In this document: one piece after another, positions 51,682 through 61,371 of the stretch
How the letters are laid out: every line of letters begins with the position of its first letter
Position numbering within the stretch: position 1 is the first letter of the stretch
Assembly: GCA_044227805.1 (NCBI GenBank)
Contig: JBGAWA010000011.1
Coordinates: forward strand, 1 to 61,371
Length of the DNA: 61,371 bases
Reading direction: 5' to 3'
DNA from: Chitinophagales bacterium
Lineage (GTDB): Bacteria > Bacteroidota > Bacteroidia > Chitinophagales > UBA10324
Notes under the pieces: generated by a model
Told to the model about the DNA's origin: nothing
What the model saw: only the letters and a program-made list of their open reading frames with translations
The model's database searches: none
Made by a program: the position numbers and the translations under genes

Positions 51682-53904
51682 ATGAAAATCCGGATTGCGC
51701 TGTATCTCTTTGTTGTAGCGGCTATAGCCATTGTTGGTACGAGTCGCTGTAAACTGGCAAAAGAAGAAACGCCTTTATTCACCAATAATGAATATACCGG
51801 TAACATCTCCTGTCAGTCATGCCATCAGCTTCAGCATAGGGAATGGCTCACTTCCCATCACTACAAGGCGATGCTTCCTGCCACAGATTCTACCGTGTAT
51901 GGCAACTTCAACAATGCCGTGCTCACAGCAGATGGCGTAACGTCGCGCTTCTTCAGGAAAGAGGAGAAGTTTTTTATCAATACGCAGGGTGAAGACGGGA
52001 AAAACCATGACTATGAAGTAAAATACACTTTCGGCTTCACCCCGCTGCAACAATACCTGGTGGAATTTCCGGGTGGCAGGATGCAACCGGCAAGAACAAG
52101 CTGGGATACTAAAAACAAGAAATGGTTTCATCAATATGCAGGGCAAAAGATTCCGGCCGGCGACTGGCTGCACTGGACCGGCAATGGGCAGAACTGGAAT
52201 ACCATGTGTTCTGGTTGCCACAGCACCAATGTGCAGAAAGGATACGACCAGGCAACTGACAGTTATAAGACAACCTATAACGAAGTGAACGTAAGCTGCG
52301 AGTCATGTCATGGCCCGGGAAAACTGCATATCGATTATGTCAACAGCAGCGATTACAAAAGCGGCCATAAAGTGACGGGGTCGCTGCTTCATTCAACCAA
52401 GTCGGAAGGTCAGCGGCAACAGGTGAATACCTGCGGCTACTGTCATGCGCGGCGGGTAGATATTACCGGTGCTGTTTTGCCTGGCCATGAATTCATGAAT
52501 GATTTTATCGCGGAGCTGCCGGTTAACACTTTTTTTTATGCTGACGGACAGATGCGGGAAGAAGATTACAACTATACTTCGTTCCTGCAAAGCAGGATGT
52601 ATCACCGCGGAGTAATGTGTTCCAATTGCCACAATCCGCACAGCGGCAACCTGAAGCTGGAGGGAAGCAAGGTTTGCTCACAGTGTCATTCTACATCCCG
52701 CTACAACCTCCCTTCCCATACGATGCATGCAGAACAATCGGAAGGCAGCAGTTGTATCAATTGCCACATGCCATCCAAAACATATATGGGTGTCGATCTG
52801 CGGCATGATCACAGTTTCCGGATACCGCGTCCTGATTTAACAGTGAAGTACGGAACACCCAACACCTGCAACAGTTGCCATAGCAACCAACCGGCGTCGT
52901 GGGCTGCGCAGGCCATCGAGAAAAATTTTGGTTCGGCAAGGAAGTATCATTTCGCGGAAGACCTGGTTCCGGGCAGCCTGCTGAACCGTGACAGTGAGGC
53001 GCATCTTCGCAAATTAGCCGGTGATACCGCTGTTCCAAACATTGTACGCGCTGCCGCTATTGATTACATCAGCAGGCTCAATACGGAGAGCAGCGGCACA
53101 TTGCTTTTGAAATACCTCAGTGATACGGCAGCTATGGTAAGATACCAGTCGCTTAAGGGCCTTTATGGTTATGATCCCGCTTTATGGATGAATTCTGCGG
53201 CACCATTCCTCGAGGACTCTGTGCTGGCAGTCCGAATTGCCGCGGCTGAATTATTCACCTCCCTGCCGGCAAGCCAACTGCCTGCTTCGCTGCTCGTGGC
53301 ATTTGGTAATTCAAGAAATGAACTGGAACGCTTTATCCACTACCAGACCGACTTCGCACAAGGTAATGTACAGGCAGGCGACTATTACAGGCGATTGCAT
53401 AACCTGGATGCCGCGGAAAAATTTTACAGGATAGCGATAGCAAAAGATAACATGCTCGCCGTTGCAAGAGTCAACCTTGCTTCCACATTGAATGAAAGTG
53501 GCAAAAATGAAGAAGCTTTACAACAGCTGCTTTTGGCACAGAAAGCGGAACCCGCAAGTGATTTTATTTACTATAACCTGGCCTTGTTATATGTTGAAAT
53601 GAAACAGGATGATCTTGCGCGGAAAGCTTTTCAGAAAGCGGTTGACCTGCATTCAGCGAATATCCGTGTTTATTACAATTACGCTCTACACCTCCAGCAA
53701 ACCGGAAAAGCTTCGGAGGCAGAAAAGCTTTTTCTGCAGGCGCTGGAGATAAATCCTTCCGATGGTGATGTGCTGTATGCATTGACTATCTACTACCTTC
53801 AGCATAACAATGCCGCAAGAGCGAAAGAAACAGCGCTCCGGCTGAAACAGTATCATGCAGGCAATGCGAGCTATCAGCCTTTATTGCAGCAGCTTCAGCT
53901 GTAA
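51682..53904 (+). CDS. Multiheme (8 CxxCH) c-type cytochrome with HEAT and TPR repeats
   Basis: CQSCH, CSGCH, CESCH, CGYCH, CSNCH, CSQCH, CINCH, CNSCH; DHSFRIPRP; HEAT-like VRAAA/VRIAAA; C-terminal TPRs. A -7 box TACATTTG lies at 51613-51620. Confidence 0.9.
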   Translation: MKIRIALYLFVVAAIAIVGTSRCKLAKEETPLFTNNEYTGNISCQSCHQLQHREWLTSHHYKAMLPATDSTVYGNFNNAVLTADGVTSRFFRKEEKFFINTQGEDGKNHDYEVKYTFGFTPLQQYLVEFPGGRMQPARTSWDTKNKKWFHQYAGQKIPAGDWLHWTGNGQNWNTMCSGCHSTNVQKGYDQATDSYKTTYNEVNVSCESCHGPGKLHIDYVNSSDYKSGHKVTGSLLHSTKSEGQRQQVNTCGYCHARRVDITGAVLPGHEFMNDFIAELPVNTFFYADGQMREEDYNYTSFLQSRMYHRGVMCSNCHNPHSGNLKLEGSKVCSQCHSTSRYNLPSHTMHAEQSEGSSCINCHMPSKTYMGVDLRHDHSFRIPRPDLTVKYGTPNTCNSCHSNQPASWAAQAIEKNFGSARKYHFAEDLVPGSLLNRDSEAHLRKLAGDTAVPNIVRAAAIDYISRLNTESSGTLLLKYLSDTAAMVRYQSLKGLYGYDPALWMNSAAPFLEDSVLAVRIAAAELFTSLPASQLPASLLVAFGNSRNELERFIHYQTDFAQGNVQAGDYYRRLHNLDAAEKFYRIAIAKDNMLAVARVNLASTLNESGKNEEALQQLLLAQKAEPASDFIYYNLALLYVEMKQDDLARKAFQKAVDLHSANIRVYYNYALHLQQTGKASEAEKLFLQALEINPSDGDVLYALTIYYLQHNNAARAKETALRLKQYHAGNASYQPLLQQLQL

Positions 53905-53956
53905 CCGGGATATTTCAGTTGACACCATTGTAGCCTCAGAGACGTCTCTCCCGGGA

Positions 53957-53992
53957 CTGATTTTTATCATGTGATAATATGACAATCCGCAT
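53957..53992 (+). promoter_or_regulatory. Tandem FNR/Crp-type boxes upstream of the vor operon
   Basis: CTGAT-TTTT-ATCAT, 8 nt, ATGAC-AATC-CGCAT; same layout as 13542-13577. Confidence 0.55.
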
Positions 53993-54042
53993 AAAATGAC
54001 CCTTGAGAGCGATCGAAATTTACAGGCTTGATCACTGAAACA

Positions 54043-54375
54043 ATGGCCATGGATTCGAATACTGAAAAAACTCCGGCAAAGGAAAGGAAAGTGAGGGGAC
54101 GGGTTGAAATCGATATTCAAAAGTGTAAGGGATGCGAACTCTGCACGACAGCCTGCAAAGAACAGGCACTGCATCTCTCCGAAACCATCAATGTCAAAGG
54201 TTATCGTTACATCATTGCCAACAATGATGTTTGCACGGGTTGTGTCAACTGCGCGCTCGTTTGTCCTGATGCGGTGATAACCGTTTACCGGACTCATCCA
54301 AAGAAAAAACCTGTTGATATCACGCCGCCCGATATCCTAGATCAGCTCCGTTCCATCACCGGAATTTCAAAATGA
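54043..54375 (+). CDS. 2x[4Fe-4S] ferredoxin, delta subunit of 2-oxoacid:ferredoxin oxidoreductase
   Basis: CKGCELCTTAC, CTGCVNCALVCPD, INVKGY. Confidence 0.9.
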   Translation: MAMDSNTEKTPAKERKVRGRVEIDIQKCKGCELCTTACKEQALHLSETINVKGYRYIIANNDVCTGCVNCALVCPDAVITVYRTHPKKKPVDITPPDILDQLRSITGISK

Positions 54376-54382
54376 GCAGCAT

Positions 54383-55452
54383 ATGAAAGAGACAAAATTA
54401 ATGAAGGGCAATGAGGCATTGGCGGAGGCCGCGATTCAGGCAGGATGTGATGCCTATTTTGGATACCCTATTACGCCGCAATCCGAGGTGCTTGAATACC
54501 TTGCCAGGGAGATGCCGAAACATGACAGAATTGTGATGCAGGCAGAAAGCGAGGTGGCTTCCATCAATATGGTGTACGGAGCGGCAGGCGCCGGTTTTCG
54601 TGTAATGACTTCCTCTTCATCGCCTGGCATCAGCCTCATGCAGGAAGGAATTTCCTATCTCGCCGGTGCTGAATTGCCGTGCTTAATTGTGAATGTAAAT
54701 CGCGCTGGTCCGGGCCTTGGAACCATTCAGCCAGGACAAGGCGACTACTTCCAATCCGTAAAAGGCGGAGGCCATGGTGATTACAAACTGATTGTGCTGG
54801 CACCCTCCTCTGTGCAGGAAATGGCGGATTTTGTTTACCTCGGTTTTGATCTCGCCGATAAGTACCGCAATCCCGTATTGATACTGTCTGATGGCGCTAT
54901 CGGGCAGATGATGGAGAAAGTTCAATTCAATGATTATACAGCTCCCGCAGTGGATAAATCATGGGCCACCACCGGAAAACCCGGAACAAGAAACAGGAAC
55001 TATATCACTTCTCTTTTCATACAACCGGAAAAAATGGAAGAGCACAACCTGAAACTGGAAGCAAAATTCAGGATCATCCGGAGAAAATGAAGTACGCTTT
55101 GAAGAGATCAATACCGGCGATGCAGATTATCTGTTTGTGGCCTACGGGCTTAGTGCAAGGATCTGTCAGAAAGCCATGGATATTGCCCGGCATAAAGGGA
55201 TTAAAACAGGATTACTCCGGCCGGTCACACTGTATCCCTATCCTTATCAGCGGCTTGAAGAACTGGCGATCACGGGTAAAACTGATACTAAGCGTGGAAC
55301 TTAACAGCGGACAGATGGTGGAGGATGTAAGACTGGCCGTAAATGGAAAAGTACCGGTTGAGTTTTATGGAAGAATGGGTGGCATGATGCCGACACCTGA
55401 AGAGATCGTTCATCATGCAGAAACTTTAATACAGTATCACCATGCAAACTGA
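54383..55452 (+). CDS. vorB: 2-oxoacid:ferredoxin oxidoreductase alpha subunit (VorB-type), frameshifted twice
   Basis: LMKGNEALAEAAI.AGC..YFGYPITPQSE, QAESEVAS, TSSSSPG, GGGHGDY; continues in other frames as VAYG.SARI and SVELNSGQMVEDV..GRMGG. Confidence 0.85.
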
Positions 55453-56283
55453 AGAACAGGTATTAACTGGTAAAATAACAGCTTCCTGCCAAACGGAAGA
55501 TGAATATGAACTGGTGTACCACAAACCCACTACCCTGGTGGATGTAAGCATGCACTATTGCCCGGGCTGTGCCCACAGTTTAGTATGCATAAACTGATCA
55601 TGGAAGCAGTGGAAGAAATGGGTATCCAGGAAAGAACGATCGGTGTAGCCCCGGTGGGTTGTTCTGTATTCGCTTATGACTATATGGATATTGATATGCA
55701 GGAGGCGGGCATGGCCGTGCCTGTGCCGTTGCTACAGCTATCAAAGACTGGATGCCGGATAAATATGTTTTCACCTACCAGGGCGATGGCGACCTGGCAG
55801 CCATTGGTATTGCAGAAACATTGCATGCCATCAACCGGGGTGAGAATATCCTGATCGTATTCATGAATAATGCTGTGTACGGAATGACCAGCGGGCAAAA
55901 TGGCCCCCACTACTTTACCCGGTATGCACACCACTACCAGTCCTGACGGAAGAGATGTGTTATTATGGCGCTCCTATCAGGGTATCGGAACTGATGGCAA
56001 ACCTGCCCGGTGCATTTTATGTAACACGACAGGCTGTCAACAGCGCCAATGGCGTAAGAAAAAAGAAAGCCTTGCTGAATGCATTCAAATACCAGCAACT
56101 TCACAAAGGAACTTGCCTGGTCGAGATCATCGGCAACTGTCCCTCCAACTGGAAATGACACCTGTTGAAGCGTCAAAATTCATTGATGAAGAGATGATAA
56201 AAGCATTTCCATTGGGAGACATTAAAGTCCCGGCTGCAGGAGATTTGAAAACCCTTCAATCAAACACACATGAACAGTCTTAA
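55442..56283 (+). CDS. 2-oxoacid:ferredoxin oxidoreductase beta (TPP-binding) subunit, multiply frameshifted
   Basis: [45 protein letters not shown] and CPSNWK are spread across frames. Confidence 0.85.
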
Positions 56284-56669
56284 TGATCACCGGCAATTAG
56301 AAGAACTGATCGTAGCCGGATTTGGGCGGACAGGGTGTGCTGTCACTGGGTATGACACTGGCCTATGCCGGGATGGTGGAGAATAAAGAAATTTCCTGGA
56401 TGCCTTCTTATGGCCCGGAGATGAGAGGCGGTACGGCCAATTGCATCGTCATTCTTTCCCATACTAAGATACTATCCTTTCTATGTTTGATTCATCGTAC
56501 TCAATCCCTCAATGGATATCCTTGGGTAAAACCTATGTTTGATTCCGCAGAGGCATTGTGAAAAATGCTCAATCAGCCCTCAATGGATAAGTTTTCGCCA
56601 AAGTACTGCCGGAAAAATACCACAACCAGCTGCCGGTAAACAGGGTTGTTGGAGAACAACTTGTATGAA
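56270..56669 (+). CDS. 2-oxoacid:ferredoxin oxidoreductase gamma subunit, garbled/internally deleted
   Basis: [28 protein letters not shown]; later remnants LNQPSMDKF and KVLPEKYH. The end coordinate is approximate. Confidence 0.75.
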
Positions 56670-56745
56670 TCGGAAGAGCCAACATTTGATCCCGGCAAAC
56701 GTCATCTTCATTTAAGAACAGATATAACCTTGGTTAACTACAACC

Positions 56746-57330
56746 ATGACGTACGATCTGCTCCTGAAAAATATTGCCAGGCATATAACCCTTACTAAAG
56801 AGGAAACCGATCATTTTACATCTTGTCGCCTGCAAAGAAATACCGCGAAAGACCCTGCTGTTGACAGAAGGGCAACCCTGCACTATTCTCAGTTATGTTC
56901 ATACAGGAGCATTAAGGGCCTATTACCTGGGCAAGGATGGCAAAGAATCTACCATCATGTTTGCTATCGCCGACTGGTGGCTAACGGACATGTATTGTTT
57001 TTTGAACAGGAAGCCGGCCATGGTGTATATAGAGACCATTGAAGACTGTTATTCCAGCTCAGCCGGGATAATTTTGAAAAACTTTTTTCTGATATTCCGA
57101 AGTTCGAGCGGTTCTTCCGGATACTCATGCAGAATGCCTACACCCGGGAGCAATTGAGGATACTTGAGAATCTTTCCCCTTTCAGCCGAAGAAAGATATG
57201 ATAGCTTCCTTGCCAAATACCAAAGATTGTACAACAGGTTACCCAGAAACAGATCGCCTCTTACCTGGGTATCACACCGGAATTCTTAAGTACAATCAGA
57301 AAAAACAAAAAGCCAACGCTGATTTCTTAA
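56746..57330 (+). CDS. Crp/Fnr family transcriptional regulator, frameshifted
   Basis: EGQ.C....YV..G.LR.Y.....GKE....FA...WW; SAEERY..F; HTH QKQIASYLGITPEFLS.IR across frames. Confidence 0.85.
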
Positions 57331-57341
57331 GATACCTTAAG
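57326..57341. promoter_or_regulatory. Palindromic candidate operator CTTAAG-ATAC-CTTAAG
   Basis: 5-4-5 Crp/FNR geometry (TTAAG-N4-CTTAA) between the Crp gene and the downstream gene. Confidence 0.5.
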
Positions 57342-57389
57342 CCCCGTTACACATTCATCTGTTTACTTTGCAGGACTTAAACACGTATC

Positions 57390-57746
57390 ATGTTAATACT
57401 TATTGCAGGCCCCTACCGGAGCGGCACTAATGATGAACCGGTATTAATGCAGCAAAATTTAGATAAACTGGAATCAGTTGCATTGCCGTTGTTCCGGAAA
57501 GGACATATCCCGATGATCGGCGAATGGGTGGCATTACCATTGATCCGCCTGGCCGGGTCCAACAAACCCGGCGACAAAGCATGGGAAGAGATACAATACC
57601 CGGCAGCACACCGGCTACTGGAGAAATGTGATGCTATACTCTGGCTGGAAGGAGCTTCGAAAGGAGCTGATGAGGATGTAAGGGTGGCAAAAGAAAGGGG
57701 ACTAAAAGTATATTTCCGCCTGGAAGATGTGCCGGATGCAGGATAA
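57390..57746 (+). CDS. DUF4406-like protein (nucleoside deoxyribosyltransferase-like fold)
   Basis: ILIAGPYRSGT, GH.PMIGEW.ALP, RLL..CDA.L...GASKGAD.DV..A..RGL.VY. Confidence 0.75.
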   Translation: MLILIAGPYRSGTNDEPVLMQQNLDKLESVALPLFRKGHIPMIGEWVALPLIRLAGSNKPGDKAWEEIQYPAAHRLLEKCDAILWLEGASKGADEDVRVAKERGLKVYFRLEDVPDAG

Positions 57747-57970
57747 TGACATGCCGTTGCGGAGATAAAGGGGACGCTTTTTACAAGATTTTTATCCTTG
57801 GACATTACCACAGTCATGTGCGCAACAGTCCTGATAAAAATCATAATATATCCCACGGATGATTAGGCCCCCGGCTATATATATGGTATAACTTTATCAC
57901 TGTTCATCCCGCACCCGGAGTAAAAAATTAATATTTGATACTGCAACCTTTACCGGTCAAATTCACCGAT

Positions 57971-58545
57971 ATGAAAAAAAGTCATCATTACTGCTGCCAT
58001 CATTTCTTTGGCTCCCTGTTCTGCACTGCACAGGTGATTGCGCTGTGCTCCGCCGGATAAAGCAGTGGTCTATTTCGCCAGGATATCTTCATTAGGCCTC
58101 GCCATCAATTTCAGCTACTTTGACAGTGCCACCCTGATCGGAAAATTCAATGGCCCGAAATACATCCGCTATGAATGTGCCCCGGGTCCCCATGTTTTCT
58201 GGGCCAGATCAGAAAACAAAGACTTTGTGGAAGCAGAACTGGAAGCAGGCAGAATATACCTGATAGAAGCTGTACCTATGATGGGAGCGTTTAAAGCAAG
58301 CGTCAGGCTGGAGCCGATAGATCCCAAAAATAAAAAAAGATCAGAAAAGGATCACTAAGATTCTTAAGCTGATGACCAAAATACCTGCTGAATCCTTTAC
58401 AGCGGAAGAATTGGAAAAGGACACAAAGGATCTTGAAGAGGTGATAAAAAGAGGCCTGGAAAAGTATGCAGAAGAAAAAGCCAAAGGCAACATAATGCAA
58501 AGACTGGAAAAGACCATGAATTACATTCCGCAGCCGGCCGGTTGA
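57971..58545 (+). CDS. Hypothetical exported protein (DUF2846-like), frameshifted
   Basis: MKK-type start; KAVVYFAR.SSLG.AINF.YF...PG.H.FWARSEN.DF..AELEAG.IY; the C-terminal part is in another frame, ending TGA 58545. Confidence 0.65.
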
Positions 58546-58951
58546 GTTAGCTTTACTGATCAAGCTCTATCCGTTGCATAAAACGGGGCTTTCATTTTTA
58601 AGGATCACTTTATATCCAGGGAGATTCAGAAGGGGAAGATCGATCTTCTTCACAGGTCCCCGTTTTTGCCCATGACGGTTCACAATTGCCCGTTAAGGCC
58701 TTTACCAGGACCCTTTCACCGGATGTTCTGGGAGAAACAACTCTTATATCAGCAGAAACCTGGGATACACTGCGCATATACAGCACACAGCAAAAGATGG
58801 ATATCATTTTTTTCATAAGGTGGATACACAACAAAATAAAAAAAAGGAAGTAAGACTGGCAATGGTAACTGCCCGTATCGTAAGGAACAGGTCATCTCGT
58901 ATTATCACTACAAAAACACAGACCGTAATTTTCGATATATGGTCCCGGGGT

Positions 58952-59975
58952 CTATTCTTCTGTTTCCCGGCTGATCTTTTTCACGGTCAGGATATCCTGG
59001 CCTGTGGCATCTCCCTGTTCCTGGAGTTTGCCAAACGCTGCAGCGGTAGCATAATCGAGTGTTTCCTGTGGCTCATGCCTGTTGTACAGGCCATAGATCA
59101 ACCCATACATGAAGCAATCACCACTGCGCTCCGGTCCATAACGCCATCACGGAAAACTCGGGAGAACTGTAAGGCCGGCCCCCGGTGAATAAGGCAGTAT
59201 AGTATCTCACATGATCGTCATTGCCATCAAAACGAAAGGTATTGGCAACAGTTTTACATTTTGGAAAGCGATGCATGATCTCTTTCGATGTCGCTTCTGC
59301 ATGATCGAGGTAGGCCTGCTTGCTTTTCCTGTCATGAATTTGCCCGTCAACATATGTTCCGAGCAAACTGTTAGCACTCCAGATATTGCCCATTAATACA
59401 TCACAGTAAGCGGCCAGGTCCGGCACCACTTCTGCCGGCGCCTTACCGTATTTCCACAAACGGGAACGGTAATTAAGATCCATAGAGATCATAATGTTTT
59501 TCCGGGAAGCTGCCTCAAGTGCTTCCAGGCAGACATCTGCAACACTCTCATTCAATGCCGGGCTGATAGCAGAAAGATTGAACCACTCCACATCTCTTAA
59601 TACTTTGTCCCAGTCCACCATTCCTCTTTTCAGTTCGGAAAAAGAAGAATGTTCCCGGTCATATACAACACTGCCTTTCAGATCTGCTCCCCGTTCAAGA
59701 TAATATACACCGATACGGTTACCGGAAAATAAAATGGAAGAAGTGTAAATGCCTTTATACTCCAGGTAATCTATCACATGCCTGCTCATGAAATTATCAG
59801 GCAATGCCGTAAAATATTTTACAGGCACATCCCATCCTGCAAGTGCAGTGGCTACATTGGCTTCAGCTCCACCCACATACAATAGCATCGGGTTCTTCTC
59901 AGCTGTATCCTCACCGGAAGCGGGCGATATGCGAAACAATAATTCCCCGAAACAAAGTACTTTTTTTTTGTGCAT
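58952..59975 (-). CDS. PfkB sugar kinase (2-dehydro-3-deoxygluconokinase-like), frameshift near 59140
   Basis: VLCFGELL.R, GGAEANVA, DLNYR..LW; C-terminal GDCF..GLIYG..AA.FGKL...GD in a second frame to TAG 58952. Confidence 0.85.
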
Positions 59976-60104
59976 ACTATCTTTCTGAATAGTTATAATG
60001 AAAGCAGTTCAAATATCGCAATTTTTATTACCTGTTTGAGCCCGGCCCAATGAAAATATCTTTACCGGATGCCTGTTGCCGGCGATAGTGTATTTTTGAG
60101 CGGT

Positions 60105-60945
60105 ATGTCTTTATTCATCACTTCGCTGAATTCTGGGAGCAACGGAAATTGTTATTATATCGGCAACGATACCGAAGCCGTATTGATCGATGCCGGCATA
60201 TCCTGCCGCGAAACGGAAAGAAGGATGAAAAGGCTCGGCTTATCCCTGTCTTTGGTGAAAGCCATTTTTTGTTTCTCATGAACATATCGACCATATAACC
60301 GGCATTCCTGCTCTTAGCAAAAATACCAGTTGCCTGTATATATCACAGAGGCCACGCTTAAAAACAGCAATATCCCCGTGCAGGATCACCTTGTATAAAA
60401 ATTTTCACCCTGATAATATTATCAGGGCCGGCCGGTTATCTGTCAAACCTTTTCCAAATCACATGATGCCGCCGATCCCTTATAGTTTTCTCATCTCGTT
60501 TGACAACCTCCATATCGGTGTCTTCACGGATATCGGTTATGCCTGCAGGAATATGAAGAAATATTTTCCGCAATGCCATGCTGCTTTCCTGGAAGCGAAC
60601 TACTGCGAAGACATGCTGGCGAAGGGGAATTACCCGGTTCACCTGAAAAAAAGGATCAGCGGCAATAAAGGTCATTTATCCAATACACAGGCACTGGATC
60701 TTTTTGCCAGGCACCGGGGGCCGCAATTAAGCCACCTGTTCCTTTCGCATTTATCAAAAAACAACAACTCTCCTGAACTGGTGCACCGGCTGTTCAGCGA
60801 ACAGGCCGGCCACACACAGATCATTGTAGCCTCCCGATACCAGGAGACTCCTGTGTTCCGGATCGATGGCGATATAGCTCCTGGAATCGTAAAAACACGA
60901 ATGAAAAGCAGGCCCGGAAACCGGCAGTTGTCACTTTTTGAATGA
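60105..60945 (+). CDS. MBL-fold metallo-hydrolase (YycJ/WalJ-like), frameshifted
   Basis: SLNSGSNGNCYY, LIDAG, SHEH.DH, TDIG, LEANY, GHLSN, LSHLS..NN.P. Confidence 0.85.
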
Positions 60946-61147
60946 CCGGAATAAAAATCCGCATTTCCCGGTCATTTTTGGAAAAATACCTGCGCAGGAA
61001 ACTTGACCAGCATACTAATATTGTATAGTTTTGCCTCACCTACCCGATCCCTCTGTAAAAATCACAAAAGAAAGTCTGTTTTCGAAACTCCGTATCCGAC
61101 TGGATACTATGAATCATTTTTTTCCGAAACTCTAAAAACTTTTGTGC

Positions 61148-61261
61148 ATGAAAAAAATCAACACATTATTGAAAGATGAGAAAGTGCAGGCTACACTTGT
61201 TGTTGCCAGTGTATTTTTGCTGACAGCGTTGATATCTGTGTGGGCCTATTTCCGTTCCTGA
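61148..61261 (+). CDS. Small (37 aa) single-TM protein; not in the ORF track
   Basis: MKKINTLLKDEKVQATLVVASVFLLTALISVWAYFRS*, followed directly by a terminator. Confidence 0.6.
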   Translation: MKKINTLLKDEKVQATLVVASVFLLTALISVWAYFRS

Positions 61262-61287
61262 TAACGACGCTTTGCTTAAATGAATTT

Positions 61288-61313
61288 AAACCGGCTTAGA
61301 TGCCGGTTTTTTT
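61288..61313 (+). terminator. Intrinsic terminator
   Basis: AAACCGGC-TTAGAT-GCCGGTTT followed by a T-tract. Confidence 0.8.
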
Positions 61314-61371
61314 ATTATACTGCGACCCGGCAACCTCATTTTTCTTCACATTATTACGACCAGATGATGAC

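Noticed and set aside
58610-58834. Short minus-strand ORF with an MKKMISIF signal-like start
   Set aside because: It has no recognisable domain and lies in the error-rich region, so it cannot be supported as a gene.
54383-60945. Programmed frameshifting or stop-codon recoding in the vor, crp, kdgK-like and MBL genes
   Set aside because: The indels are numerous, scattered across unrelated genes and clustered at the window ends, which fits sequencing error better.

Overview
A Bacteroidota chromosomal window, probably Chitinophagales-like. The assignment rests on TAnnTTTG -7 promoters, T9SS C-terminal domains and signal peptides cleaved before Gln. Left to right it holds: a giant, repeatedly frameshifted secreted beta-helix/Ig/P-domain protein running off the left edge; a GltD-like/nifJ/DHOD-like oxidoreductase operon; a GH13 amylase plus a CBM20-NTF2 fusion; pbpC; a DUF5686-type outer-membrane protein; tRNA-Lys(CTT); a double-ring CbbX/SpoVK-like AAA+ ATPase; two paralogous clan GH-A T9SS enzymes on Ig stalks of 5 and 16 repeats; glyA and cysS; a membrane LytTR/outer-membrane protein/serine hydrolase module; an M28 peptidase; aspS; a TonB-C protein; a coupled alkylglycerol-monooxygenase-like plus lysoplasmalogenase pair; DinB and OmpH proteins; DUF2092/DUF6515-like genes; an octaheme TPR cytochrome; a vor-type 2-oxoacid:ferredoxin oxidoreductase operon; a Crp/Fnr regulator; and kdgK-like and MBL genes. 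Both ends (about 1-5.7 kb and 55-61 kb) are rich in frameshifts, most likely consensus errors. The best leads are a candidate bacterial ether-lipid catabolism operon, a catalytically divergent PFOR accessory complex, a tandem FNR-like box architecture shared by the two oxidoreductase operons, a LytTR module with a visible candidate operator, two unannotated small membrane proteins and a dispersed palindromic repeat family. No CRISPR array, prophage or transposase was seen. All family assignments come from motif recognition, not database searches.
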